From Candidatus Marinacidobacterales bacterium (GTDB lineage: Bacteria > Acidobacteriota > Vicinamibacteria > Marinacidobacterales > DATDRI01): a stretch of DNA of 64,000 nt. The position numbers and the translations under genes were made by a program. The notes below the pieces were generated by a model. That model did no database searches and was not told where the DNA came from. It saw only the letters and a list, made by a program, of their open reading frames with translations. This document shows positions 52,450 through 64,000 of this stretch, piece by piece (positions within the stretch are counted from its first letter, which is position 1; each line of letters starts with the position of its first letter). Location of the stretch: positions 2,784,001 through 2,848,000 of the forward strand of contig OZ245365.1 in assembly GCA_965226495.1 (NCBI GenBank). The letters run 5' to 3'.

Positions 52450-53661
52450 CTAAACGGCGGGTACCGATTCTGACACCCGCATGCACGTTTCTGGATCCGA
52501 CCCCGGCGTCTGACGCGATAACTCCCGTACGGCAACGGCACCACGAAGGGGCGGCGATTCTTGAACTCTGTCCGGAAAGAGTGGAAACGACGGCTCCGAT
52601 TCACGAACCCGGTCGGCAGAACCCCGGTACCGCTCCATCTTGTCTTTGCCGTAGTCCATCTCCGCCATGTAGAGATTGTGCGGACGACACAAGAGTCTGA
52701 CATTGTCGGCACTTCGATCGCCGCCGAGCCCGTAGGGATCGTCGTGATGGAATTGCAGCTCTAGGCGTTCGGGACATCGTCTACCGTCGCCGCTCTCAAA
52801 CGTGCATTGACCATGGTCCCGCGCCCACACGAAACGCCTCACAGGAGCGGGAATTCCGCGCACTCCCGGCGACGTGTCGGCGTCTTCGAGGCTCTTTCTC
52901 GGATTTTTGACTTTGCCGAGGCGCTTGGCCTCGAGCCGTTCGAGTTTCTCGGTTACGGACGCTTCGAGCATGGACGCGAGGTCGGCACCCGGCATGAGCG
53001 CCGCAAGCCGTTGGAGCTTGTCGTGGAGCTCGGCGCTCGCGGTGAACTGCACTCGGTAGCGCGCAGGCGCCAGGGGCTCGACGACCGGCGGCTTGTCAGC
53101 CGCTTGGGGAGTCGGGGCGGGGGCAGGTTCAGGGGCTGGAATACTCTTTCCGAACGGAGTACTTTCGGCACCGGACGTACGGTGTTCGCTTGCCGGCCTC
53201 TGTTTCCGCTTCGGAAGCTTCCGGATGGAGGATGAGACATCCGGCTTCGGCTCAATCTCCGCCACCAGTACCAGGAGCTCACGCTTGGTCTTGTGGGTTG
53301 CTCGAACCAGAAGCTCCTCGCAATTGGTGTCGGTGAGATGCGGCGCCAGCACCGCGATGCCGCTCAAGTGAAGACGCCCATCGTCGATCATCGTGAGCAG
53401 CGCCGGATGTTGGCGCGACGCCCGTGCGGCGGCTATCCGTAGGTAGGCTTCTGCCTCGGACAAGTGCAACACGTCGGTGGCGTATTTGAACATCGATGAC
53501 GAAGCTTCACGGGCATACAGTCGGCGTGCATCAACTTCGGCGATATGCGCAACGAGAACCGACTCGACACGCCGCGACTGTTTCAAAACGTTCGACAGTC
53601 GAACAAGAAGCTCGTCATCCGATAGTCGGGAAAGCGATTTCAATTTGTCTTTTTTGTTCAT
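52450..53661 (-). CDS. DUF222-like protein with a C-terminal HNH endonuclease
   Basis: LSDDELL, HIAEVDARRLY, RIAAAR; VWARD..QC...C...HH...GG....N..LLC..HN. Confidence 0.85.
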   Translation of the reverse strand: MNKKDKLKSLSRLSDDELLVRLSNVLKQSRRVESVLVAHIAEVDARRLYAREASSSMFKYATDVLHLSEAEAYLRIAAARASRQHPALLTMIDDGRLHLSGIAVLAPHLTDTNCEELLVRATHKTKRELLVLVAEIEPKPDVSSSIRKLPKRKQRPASEHRTSGAESTPFGKSIPAPEPAPAPTPQAADKPPVVEPLAPARYRVQFTASAELHDKLQRLAALMPGADLASMLEASVTEKLERLEAKRLGKVKNPRKSLEDADTSPGVRGIPAPVRRFVWARDHGQCTFESGDGRRCPERLELQFHHDDPYGLGGDRSADNVRLLCRPHNLYMAEMDYGKDKMERYRGSADRVRESEPSFPLFPDRVQESPPLRGAVAVRELSRQTPGSDPETCMRVSESVPAV

Positions 53662-53666
53662 ACGCA

Positions 53667-53675
53667 TTTATAGCA
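53667..53675 (-). promoter_or_regulatory. Extended -10 promoter, likely leaderless transcript of the HNH gene
   Basis: TGCTATAAA 5 nt upstream of the ATG at 53661; no SD sequence. Confidence 0.45.
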
Positions 53676-53964
53676 CGGACTTTTTTGACGCTCTGTGCCC
53701 GCGCGTATTGAACGCGAACGCCTCGAGACACTTTCTAAGTCTATTCAAGCGAACCAGCGTGACTGTCGTTTCTTTATCGCGCGTACAGGCCCACCCCAGA
53801 TCGTACCTGCCATGTTTTTCATGTCGCTTCGAAACAGCTGTCAAGCCAAAAGTGAACTATTTTTCTCAGCGACCTCTATTCTTGCAGAGCCGCGAACTCC
53901 GTTCGGACCGAGTTCGATGTTCGCGTCTGTCCCCCTCCCTTTGACTTTTCAACCTGTCCAGGGC

Positions 53965-54803
53965 TATCGGATACTCTCACCGCGGTGCTAAGCAAAGAGC
54001 CCGACTGGACGCGTCTTCCGAAGTCGACGCCGCGACGGGTTCGAGAGCTTCTGTCACGCGCACTTCGCAAAAACGCGAAACTCCGCTTGCAAGACGTCGG
54101 CGACGCTCGCGTCGAGCTTCTCGATGCCATCCAGGAGTCAAGTCGCAATCTCCCGCGACGGAAGCCAGGTCGCGTTCGCGGCTCTACCTTCGCGCGCTCC
54201 ATTCTGTACTAGCTGCCCGCGGACGGAAGCGGCGCCTTGGAGTTGTTGGACGATCGTCCGTTCGACCAGGAACCGAGCGATGCGTCGGACGAAGGACGGC
54301 TCCTGGCATTTACCGAAGAAAACGCTGACAGCGGCTCCGATATTCACGTCATGCGTCTGGAGGGAAACAATGAGTCCTACGCGTTCGCCGCGACCTCGGC
54401 CAACGAGAGCGACGCCAGCTTCTCGAAGGATAGCCGTTTCGTCGTCGCCTACGTCTCCGACGAGACAGGCCGTAACGAGGTCTACGTGCGTTCTCTCTCC
54501 GATGGTGGTGCTAGAACCGCTGTTTCAACCGATGGAGGGCAGTGGCCGAAGTGGTCGCCGACCGGGAGCGAGCTCTTCTATATGGAGGACACGACGATGA
54601 TGGCGGTTCCCGTCACCCTCGAGCCTTCGTTCCGCCCCGGGACACCTAAAGCTTTGTTCAAAGGCAACTACACGAAATGGTTCGACGTCTTCCCGGACGG
54701 CCGGCACTTCGCCATGATCACGTTTCCAGAAGCCGACTTGAGAAAGCTCGAGGTCGTCGTCAACTGGTCCACCGAGCTCGAGGAGAAAGTGCCCACGAAA
54801 TAG
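53965..54803 (+). pseudogene. Remnant of a Ser/Thr kinase-TolB/WD40 propeller protein
   Basis: Kinase C-lobe end (VLSKEPDW..LP..RLQDVGDAR), AISRDG repeat, in-frame stop, then YVSDETGRNEVYV and VVVNW..EL. Confidence 0.8.
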
Positions 54804-54840
54804 TGGAGCCGACCCCCTGCAATATTCGACCCCGTGTACT

Positions 54841-55395
54841 ATGGTGTACTCCATAGTGCCGACAGATCGTGGAACCGTCCCCCCTGACGATCAGCTGACC
54901 AAAGTCGCTGTTCATACCGTCTCCCGCCTCAAGCTCGGTGTGTATGGAACTCTGGTCGGCGTCCTGTTGGGCGTCGTCAACACGTTTCTCGGCGTCGACT
55001 TCACGCCTCGTCCCGCTCTTGCTGGCTGGCTCGCCGTTGCGATTGTCTCGGTCGTCGTTTTGCATGAAGGCATTCACGGAGCCGTGGCATCACTGCTCGG
55101 TCATCGTCCCATATTCGGTCTCAAGCCGCCCCTCGTCTATGTGACCTTCAAAGAGAAGCTGCCACGCTGGCACCTGGTAGCCATCGCGGTCGCCCCGTTC
55201 ATCATCCTGAACGTTGTCTTCGCCGCACTCTACGCGGCGGGGCTCCTCAAGCTCTTCTCGGTCCTCTGCTTTGGGATCAACACGCTCGGGGCGACAGGAG
55301 ATCTTTGGATCATTAGCAAGGTCGTGGCTGCTGAGGCTGGAACCCTTGTTCAAGATACCAAAACCGGAGTCGAGGTCTGGCGCGTGCGTCAATAA
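54841..55395 (+). CDS. DUF3267 putative membrane zincin peptidase
   Basis: LHEGIHG, IAVAPF and N..GA.GDL. Confidence 0.8.
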   Translation: MVYSIVPTDRGTVPPDDQLTKVAVHTVSRLKLGVYGTLVGVLLGVVNTFLGVDFTPRPALAGWLAVAIVSVVVLHEGIHGAVASLLGHRPIFGLKPPLVYVTFKEKLPRWHLVAIAVAPFIILNVVFAALYAAGLLKLFSVLCFGINTLGATGDLWIISKVVAAEAGTLVQDTKTGVEVWRVRQ

Positions 55396-56468
55396 GGCGG
55401 GAGCATCCGGCGAAATCCGTGCAGCAATACGATCACTAGGAAGATGAGATTACGGGGCAAGATCCCAGGCCAGAAAAGCCGGACCGGGCCCTTGGACTCC
55501 CCGGCGCCTTTCTCCGGAAACTGTTTCGCAAGCTCGGCCGCCAGCCGCCTCAACCAGTGCACGGAGCGCGGCCAATCAAACAACCCTAAAATCCATTCCT
55601 CCGGGATTTGGGAGGCGCCCACGGTGGCCCCGGCCAACCCGCCCACGATGGCCGCGGTCGTATCGGTGTCACCGCCGAGCGAAATCACGTCCTCGATGGC
55701 CCGGCGGAAATCGTTCGGAGACCGTAGCCAACAAAAAAGCGCCGCCGGCACGGTGTGGTTGATGTAACCGGTGACTCCCTTTCCTAGACCCAGATCGTCC
55801 GCAAACACGATTGGGACAGACTCCCGCTCCAAATGTTCTTCGATCTTAGCGAGAGCTTGCAGAAGCTCCGCGCCTTCGACGCGCTCGCGCAGCCAAGCAA
55901 GAAACTGTTTGGCGTCGATGTCGCTCGGCAACTGACGCGCCCCATAGGAAGCGGCGAGAGCGACCGCAAGCGCCCCTTGTTCGGCGCGGGGATCGGTATG
56001 AGTTAGCCGCGTCGACGCTCGCGTGAAACGAGCGATCCCGTCCGTGTCGGCCTGCAAGCAGACACCGATGATGGGAGCCCGCATCGCCGGTCCATTACCG
56101 GCAGAGTAGACACCACTGCGATCCGGCGATATCCCCACCCATAGCTTGAGGAGGGCGCGTAGGGTCCCGAACCCCACCCCGGCGGGAAGCGCAAGTAACC
56201 ACCCGCGCAACCGCCAGGCGAGGCTGCGAACGAAACGTTCCGGATCATCGGGAGCGGCGAGCAATGACTGGGCGACCATCGTCGAGTGCTCGGTGTCATC
56301 GCTCATCATCCCCCGCCCGAAGGCGAAGCGATGCCGAAGAGGCTCTAAGCCGTAGACTCGAAGCCCTCGGCGGCGAGACAGTCCCTCCCTGGGAAGCCCC
56401 AGGGCGTCACCCACGGCGGTACCCAACAATGTACCGGAGATCTCGTCGGTGCGATTCACAAGCGGCAA
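55389..56468 (-). CDS. ADP-ribosylglycohydrolase
   Basis: GTAVGDALG, SDDTE, GNGPAMR and GGDTDT. Confidence 0.92.
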   Translation of the reverse strand: MPLVNRTDEISGTLLGTAVGDALGLPREGLSRRRGLRVYGLEPLRHRFAFGRGMMSDDTEHSTMVAQSLLAAPDDPERFVRSLAWRLRGWLLALPAGVGFGTLRALLKLWVGISPDRSGVYSAGNGPAMRAPIIGVCLQADTDGIARFTRASTRLTHTDPRAEQGALAVALAASYGARQLPSDIDAKQFLAWLRERVEGAELLQALAKIEEHLERESVPIVFADDLGLGKGVTGYINHTVPAALFCWLRSPNDFRRAIEDVISLGGDTDTTAAIVGGLAGATVGASQIPEEWILGLFDWPRSVHWLRRLAAELAKQFPEKGAGESKGPVRLFWPGILPRNLIFLVIVLLHGFRRMLPPY

Positions 56469-56502
56469 GGCTCGAGTAGCTAGTGCACTCGGCTACTCTC
56501 GG

Positions 56503-58160
<1,658 letters not shown>

Positions 58161-58164
<4 letters not shown>

Positions 58165-59701
58165 CCCAGCTCACCGATCGCATTTTGGACCGCGGCAATG
58201 AGCTCGCCGTCTTGGATCATCCTTGCCACGGTCTCGATCTCTCCAGCTACTTCCCGGTCCTCTTCGAGCGGCGGCACTTGTCGACGGACTGCTTCTGCCG
58301 CGGCACGGGTGCCGGGCGCGGCCACCAAAGGGGCCCGGTAGTCGATTCCTTGCACGGCGCACAGAATCTCGACCGCAACGACTAGGGAAGCATTCTCCAA
58401 CACCTCCCGCAGCTTGCGACCTGCCCCCCAGCCCATCGAGACATGATCCTCCTGACTTCCTGAGGTGGGAATGCTCTCGACACTCGCGGGATGCGAGAGG
58501 ACTCGGTTCTCCGCAACTAAAGCCGCGGCCGTGTACTGGGTAAGCATGTAGCCAGCGTTTACGCCGGGTTTGGGCGAAAGAAACGGCGGCAGACCCGCCG
58601 AACGCTCGGGATCGAGAAGACGATCGGTACGCCGCTCGGAAATACTCGAGAGCTCGGTAATAGCAATAGTCATCACGTCGAGTGCTAACGCTAGAGGCTG
58701 ACCATGGAAATTCCCCGCGGAAACGACCTCGCCCTGCTCGGGAAAGACGATCGGGTTATCCACGACGGCGCCCAGCTCTCGCGAAAACATGTCCCTTCCG
58801 AACGTCATCCCTTCCCGGCAAGCTCCGTGTACCTGGGGCGCGCAACGCAAGCTATACGCGTCCTGCACCGCGTGACTGAAATCCTCTGCATGACTCGCCA
58901 CGATCTTCGAGCCCTTGAGCAGTCGCTCGATGTTTCTTGCGGAAGCCACTTGTCCAGGGTGCGGCCGCAGCGCGTGGATCTCGGGTCGAAACGGGCGGGC
59001 GCTACCAAGCAGTGCTTCCACCGAGAGAGCGCAGGCGATGTCGGCAGCCCTGGTGATGCGCATCGCACGATGAAGTCCGAGTACGCCGAACGCCAACATG
59101 CCCTCGGTGCCGTTCAGAAGGCTCAGGCCTTCTTTCGCGCGAAGCCGAATCGGCTTCATCCCCTGACGACGGAGAACCTCCGCCGCGGGCGCAACACGCC
59201 CTTCGTCCTTGAGAAGTCCTTCTCCAATTATCGGTAGCCTAGATGAGCAAACGGTGCCAGATCTCCCGACGCGCCCACCGAGCCCTTCCCCGGGACGACC
59301 GGCAAAAGATCCTTTTCCAAGAACTCGACGTAGCGTTCCACTAGAAGGGGTCGGACGCCGGAGTACCCTTGCGAAAGGGTCCGTGCTCGGAGCAATAACA
59401 TGGCCCGAACCAACTCATCCGCAATCGGCGTGCCGACACCGGCGGCGTGGCTCCGAAGTAGATGGACTTGGAGCTCTTCCACTTCCTCTGGTTCGATCCG
59501 AGTGTTGGATAGGGCGCCGAAACCGGTGGTCACACCGTATATCGTTTGCCGCTCTTTCAGCGCCCGTTCGATGACCTCGAGCGAGGGAGCCATGCGACTC
59601 GCCAGATCGGGATGGACCTTGACCGTTGCCTTTCGCTCCGCCACCGCCACGACATCGTCCGACCGAAGTGGTCCCCCATCGATGACCACTTGATGCGCCA
59701 C
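58161..59701 (-). pseudogene. hutH: Histidine ammonia-lyase, frameshifted near 59235
   Basis: YGVTTGFG and GASGDL (MIO) in one frame; LPIIGEG, KEGLSLLNGT, QDAYSLRC and GNFHG in the other; one base missing. Confidence 0.9.
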
Positions 59702-59703
59702 GA

Positions 59704-60603
59704 TTACTCCCTGGCCACTACGCCGGCTGCAAAGCTCAGGAAAACGTTAGCCATGTTCATCAACGTCAAATCATGGACGTCGGCAGAGGCATCCACTTCC
59801 ACGAAATCCACCGCGCGAACTTGGGGGTGCTGTCCGCAAAGCCAGGCGGCGGTGGCCAGCTGCCGAGGATTCATTCCGCCCGGTCGGGCACCGGGGCACG
59901 CAGGGGCATGGGCTCGATCGAGCACATCGATGTCGAAATCCACGTAGATCCATTCACACTGGCGGCCGAGCCCTTCGAGGGCAGCCCCCACCACCGGCCC
60001 CAACCCTTGCGCCTCCACGGTTTCCATCGTCGCAATTCGAATGCGATGCTCATCGCAAAAAGTGCGATGCTCGAGAGAGTTCGCGAAGGAGTGAATCCCT
60101 ATCTGGATCACTTGCTCCCCGAGTAAGCCGTCGTCTATGAGTCCCCGAATCGGTGTGCCGTTGGTTGGACCCAAGTCTAGTGACCGTACATCATGGTGAG
60201 CGTCGAAGGTAAGAACTCCGACCCGACCCAGCTCGCCTCGAGAAACTCCGCGGACGAGCGGACGGGTGATGCCGTTATCCCCACCCAGGAACGCGTAAAC
60301 GGGTCCCTTGGCCAGGCGTCGCGCTGACGCCTCGATGGCCGGCTGATACTCCTCCAAGCCAAGGGAGCTAACCTGCCAATCCCCGCGGTCGGCGACTGAG
60401 AGTCTACGCAAGTCCACCGCACGCTCGCTATGGAAGCTGGAAAACCGGCCAAGGATGTCCCGAAACCGCTGGGGCGTTTGGTACGCCTTGGATGGCGAAA
60501 GCGATGCTACGGACGTCGGCACCCCTATCACCACGAGTGAAGGGTTCTTGTCGTTCCGAGCCAACCAGCTATCGGCACGCGGCCAGGAGGCGTCTTCGAT
60601 CAT
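59704..60603 (-). CDS. hutG: Arginase/agmatinase-family ureohydrolase, likely formimidoylglutamase
   Basis: GGDN, FDAHHD, NGTP and DFDIDVLD..PG; in an operon with hutH-hutU. Confidence 0.75.
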   Translation of the reverse strand: MIEDASWPRADSWLARNDKNPSLVVIGVPTSVASLSPSKAYQTPQRFRDILGRFSSFHSERAVDLRRLSVADRGDWQVSSLGLEEYQPAIEASARRLAKGPVYAFLGGDNGITRPLVRGVSRGELGRVGVLTFDAHHDVRSLDLGPTNGTPIRGLIDDGLLGEQVIQIGIHSFANSLEHRTFCDEHRIRIATMETVEAQGLGPVVGAALEGLGRQCEWIYVDFDIDVLDRAHAPACPGARPGGMNPRQLATAAWLCGQHPQVRAVDFVEVDASADVHDLTLMNMANVFLSFAAGVVARE

Positions 60604-60839
60604 CTAGTTGTAGTCGACCTTCCTTCCATCGGGGCGCGATGATGATATTGGGGTAAGAGGCGGGACGCAAACGCTGGCCCTGCCTAGCTTTTCACCATGA
60701 ACGTTCGCGGGTTGCGCCTAGCAAGAAGAAGCAGGCACCTCAGGATTGTAGAAGGAGAGGAAGTCATTCAGGGCCTCGCGACCACCTGAATGGCGAAAGC
60801 AAACGTCAAGAGAGCCCACCGTCACGGGCACCGGGGTCT

Positions 60840-61550
60840 TTAGGAATCGTCGCAGCACAACTCGTCCGTGATCCCGTCTTTGCCCTCCTCCTCACGATCG
60901 ACCGCGATTCCGGCCTTCTCCAGTCGGTCCACGAAACCATCGCGCCATCCGGGCGATAGCGCCCGGATGCGAATCGCGCGCTTGCAGTCCTCCAAATTCC
61001 TGAGGTCGAAGTAGTACAAGCGGCAGATCTGCTTCACGGTCATTCCTTCTGGATCTTCTGTGAGGAGCTCAAACGAATCTCCGGCCCCGACCGCGCCCTC
61101 CTCGAGAACCCGAAGATAGAAACCGACCCGGCAGCTCTCAAGGAACATCTTGGGAAACTTCGGATCGTCCATCTTGATGCCAAGGCGGTAGCATGGCACG
61201 CGCGGCTGCGTCACTTCGACCATCGCGTCCCCGACACGAAAGGTATCCCCTACGTGAATCCATTCTTCCAACATGCCCTCCACCGTGAAATTCTCCCCGA
61301 ACTGCGGGTCGCGGAAATCGTCCCGACCCAGTTCCCGACTCCAGTGCTCGTAGTTCTCCCGCGTGTAGACGCACACCGCTTTGTAAGGACCCCCATGCCC
61401 TTTGAGATCCACCTGCTGGTCCCCTTCTAGATTCGACGTCCGTAGCATGACCCGGCCTGCCACCGGCTCCTTGAAGATTCCTGTGGCAACCGTCTTGCCC
61501 ATGTACGGGACGTCTTTGCGAAGAGATACGCTGACCGTGAGAAGCTTCAT
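60840..61550 (-). CDS. MOSC domain protein with a 3-alpha domain (YiiM-like)
   Basis: TGIFKEP, GDQQ.D...HGG..KA, FGENF and QPRVPC. Confidence 0.9.
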   Translation of the reverse strand: MKLLTVSVSLRKDVPYMGKTVATGIFKEPVAGRVMLRTSNLEGDQQVDLKGHGGPYKAVCVYTRENYEHWSRELGRDDFRDPQFGENFTVEGMLEEWIHVGDTFRVGDAMVEVTQPRVPCYRLGIKMDDPKFPKMFLESCRVGFYLRVLEEGAVGAGDSFELLTEDPEGMTVKQICRLYYFDLRNLEDCKRAIRIRALSPGWRDGFVDRLEKAGIAVDREEEGKDGITDELCCDDS

Positions 61551-61685
61551 CGTCACCCCCGACATGCTACGCCGCGCCCTGTGGGCGCGTCAATCTCTCA
61601 GAGAAAACCGGAGAAAACTTGTGCGTCTCTCTAAGGACTTCGCCGACCCCCCTTGCTACAACCTACCGTGGAAAGGAGAACAACC

Positions 61686-62585
61686 ATGCGGAAATCCTTA
61701 TGGATTGTAGCGATCGCCTTTTTTGGACTGGGCGCGGTGGCTGGAAAGCTAGTTCCCGTCCTCGGCGACCAACGACCGGAAGATAAAGAGGCCATTCGGG
61801 CCCATATCGACAGCATCTTCCAGGCCTATATTCAGGGAGACCGAGAGACGATTCGAGCCACTCACAGCGACGAATGGCGGGGTTTTCTGGGACAGTCCCG
61901 CTCTATCATTCGAGGCATCGACCCATACATGGAAGCCGCTAATGCCACCCTCGCTCGGCCGGGCGGCATGGTTGGTTATCGGATGGACGACTACGACGTT
62001 CTCTTTTACGGCGATATCGCGTTAGTGCCGTACATCGCGTCTCTGGACGTGGAGCTCGGTGGCAAGCGGATCGATTTCAAACCCAAGATCCGGGTACTCG
62101 ACGTCTACGCGAAAGAGGACGGCCAGTGGATTCAGATTGCATCGAACACCGTTCGGCACCCCGAGACGGAAGCCGCGATCCGCCAGCAACCGGCTCCGGT
62201 GAGTCCGCCTCTGCGCGAAAAGATATTGGCGGCGCGAGAGACAGTTTGGCGAGCCTGGTTCTCGAATGATCAGAACGTACTCGGCCGAGTCATCCCCGAG
62301 GAGACCATCGCGGTCGGTGCCGGGGAAGAAGCGTGGGCGGGTCGAGAAACGATCCTAAACGGCGCGCAGACGTTCGCAGAAAACGGCGGGAAGCTCGTGA
62401 GCCTCGATTTTCCGCGTACCGAGATCCAGCTCTACGGGGACGTGGCCATCCTGTACACGACCTACGAAATGGAAACCGAAGTGGGTGGCGAAACTCAGAG
62501 CCTAGCCGGTCGAGGGACTGAGATCTTCGTCCGGCGCAACGGCAACTGGGTCAACTCCGGCTGGCATCTCGATTCCGGGTCGTAA
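61686..62585 (+). CDS. Secreted tandem NTF2/DUF4440-domain protein
   Basis: Two YGD.A...DVY/EIF...G.W units; signal peptide. Confidence 0.8.
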   Translation: MRKSLWIVAIAFFGLGAVAGKLVPVLGDQRPEDKEAIRAHIDSIFQAYIQGDRETIRATHSDEWRGFLGQSRSIIRGIDPYMEAANATLARPGGMVGYRMDDYDVLFYGDIALVPYIASLDVELGGKRIDFKPKIRVLDVYAKEDGQWIQIASNTVRHPETEAAIRQQPAPVSPPLREKILAARETVWRAWFSNDQNVLGRVIPEETIAVGAGEEAWAGRETILNGAQTFAENGGKLVSLDFPRTEIQLYGDVAILYTTYEMETEVGGETQSLAGRGTEIFVRRNGNWVNSGWHLDSGS

Positions 62586-62590
62586 GACAA

Positions 62591-64000
62591 ATGGACACTC
62601 TCTGGCAGGATATACGATTCGCCTGCAGGTCCTTCTTGAGAACGCCGGCCTTTACGCTGGTCGCGATCGTCACGTTGGCCCTTGGAATCGGCGCCAACGT
62701 GGCGATCTTTAGCGCGGTGCATGCCGTGTTGTTGAAGCCACTGCCCTATCCAAATTCCGATCGGCTGGTCGCTTTTTGGGCACGATGGGAGAACGAAGGA
62801 ACTCTTTCTAGGCCGATCGGTCAACTTGGACGGACAGCCCTTCACGATCATCGGGGTCCTACCTGCGGACTTCGAAATTCTCATGGCCGCGAATGCCGGC
62901 ATCTCGACCGAGATCGACGCCTGGAAGCCTCCGGATCCGGTGGCCAACCCGACCCGGTGGGAATCCACCGAACTCAACAACTCGACGCTCCGCCCCATCG
63001 CCCGCATGAAATTCGGAGTGACCCTACCTCAAGCGCAGGCGGAAATGGACGGCATCGCCGAACACCTGCGGAGTACGTTGGCCGATCACGCTCGCATGGG
63101 CTTCCACGTGAGCGTGGAGCCTCTTCACCGCGAGGTCGTAGGCCACGTACGGCCCACGCTATTGGCACTCCTCGGAGCGGTCGGCATCGTCTTGCTCATT
63201 GCCTGCGTGAACGTCGCGAACCTGCTGCTCGTCCGGGCTCGAGGACGGCAAAAGGAAATCGCGGTTCGAGCTGCTCTGGGCGGCGCGCCGAGCCGCATTG
63301 CTCGACAACTATTTACCGAAAGCCTCCTGCTAGGGGCAGTCGGTGCTGCGGCGGGAATTCTTCTCGGATACGCGGGCATCCGGTTTCTGCTGGCGCTCCA
63401 ACCCGCCAAGTTCCCGCGACTCGAAAGCATCGCCATCGACGGCACCGTGTTGGCGTATACCTTGGGTGCCTCCGTCGCCGCAACGATCGTTTTCGGACTG
63501 GCCCCGACCTATCGCGCCATGCGTTCGAACCTGAGCGAAGCGCTGACGCAGAGGAGTCAAGAAGGAAGCTCCGGCGCGCGCTCTCGGACCAGCCAATTAT
63601 TGATCGTCGCCGAGGTAGCTCTATCGCTGGTGCTGCTCGTCGGTGCCGGGTTGTTGATGCGCAGCTTCGTACAGCTGCAGGAAGTGCGACCCGGGTTCGA
63701 TGCCGACGATCTCCTTACGTTCTCCGTGAGCCTCCCCAGTACTTTCAGAAGTATCGAATCGCCGGGGTCGTCGAGAACATCCGACATGCCGATCTGAAAT
63801 CCGATGGTCGGGAGACCATTTACCTGGCTGCGCGCGCTTGGACGTGGGCGGACTGGGAGCTCGCCGTCGCGGTGCGGACCCAAGCGGATCCCATGAGTCT
63901 CGTCGCGCCCATCAGAAAAGAGCTCGCTTCGCTGGACCCACAGATCCCCATGGCCAAGATCCGCCCGATGGAGGACTATGTGAGCGATGCGGTAGCGCCG
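62591..64000 (+). pseudogene. ADOP-type duplicated ABC permease (MacB/FtsX) with two frameshifting deletions; runs off the window end
   Basis: MDTLWQDIRFA..LALGIGAN, LLIACVNVANLLL, EVALSLVLLVGAGL; jumps near 62800 and 63745. Confidence 0.85.

Noticed and set aside
59225-59245. Programmed ribosomal frameshift in hutH
   Set aside because: No slippery heptamer or obvious stimulator; a simple indel is more parsimonious
60655-60700. GGGACGCAAA suggests a c-di-GMP-I riboswitch
   Set aside because: The upstream GGCAAA/GNRA stem and the second stem are absent

Overview
GC-rich bacterial chromosomal segment. The gene content (ADOP duplicated permease, kinase-TolB protein, PQQ-type propellers, M16 pairs, GGGGTGGGGCCCC REP hairpin) suggests Acidobacteriota, probably Vicinamibacteria; this is inference. 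Most genes are metabolic or housekeeping (gnd, pgl, arginase, metG, nadE, hutG-hutH-hutU, kptA) or encode secreted hydrolases and peptidases. Highlights: (1) an ABC ATPase plus an ABC-2 permease fused to a complete amidohydrolase, followed by a secreted M55 D-aminopeptidase; (2) a giant modular surface-protein gene with a three-hairpin C-rich-loop leader and an Asp/Ser-rich insert, broken by two sibling DDE-integrase elements, one next to an intact MazF-type toxin-antitoxin pair and the other next to a decayed toxin copy; (3) a DUF222-like HNH nuclease bracketed by about 21-bp quasi-palindromic repeats, next to a kptA-phosphatase operon; (4) a MITE/REP family at three loci; (5) many genes with large internal deletions or frameshifts, which could be genome decay or assembly artefact. 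No rRNA, tRNA or CRISPR array was seen. All alignments were done by eye.
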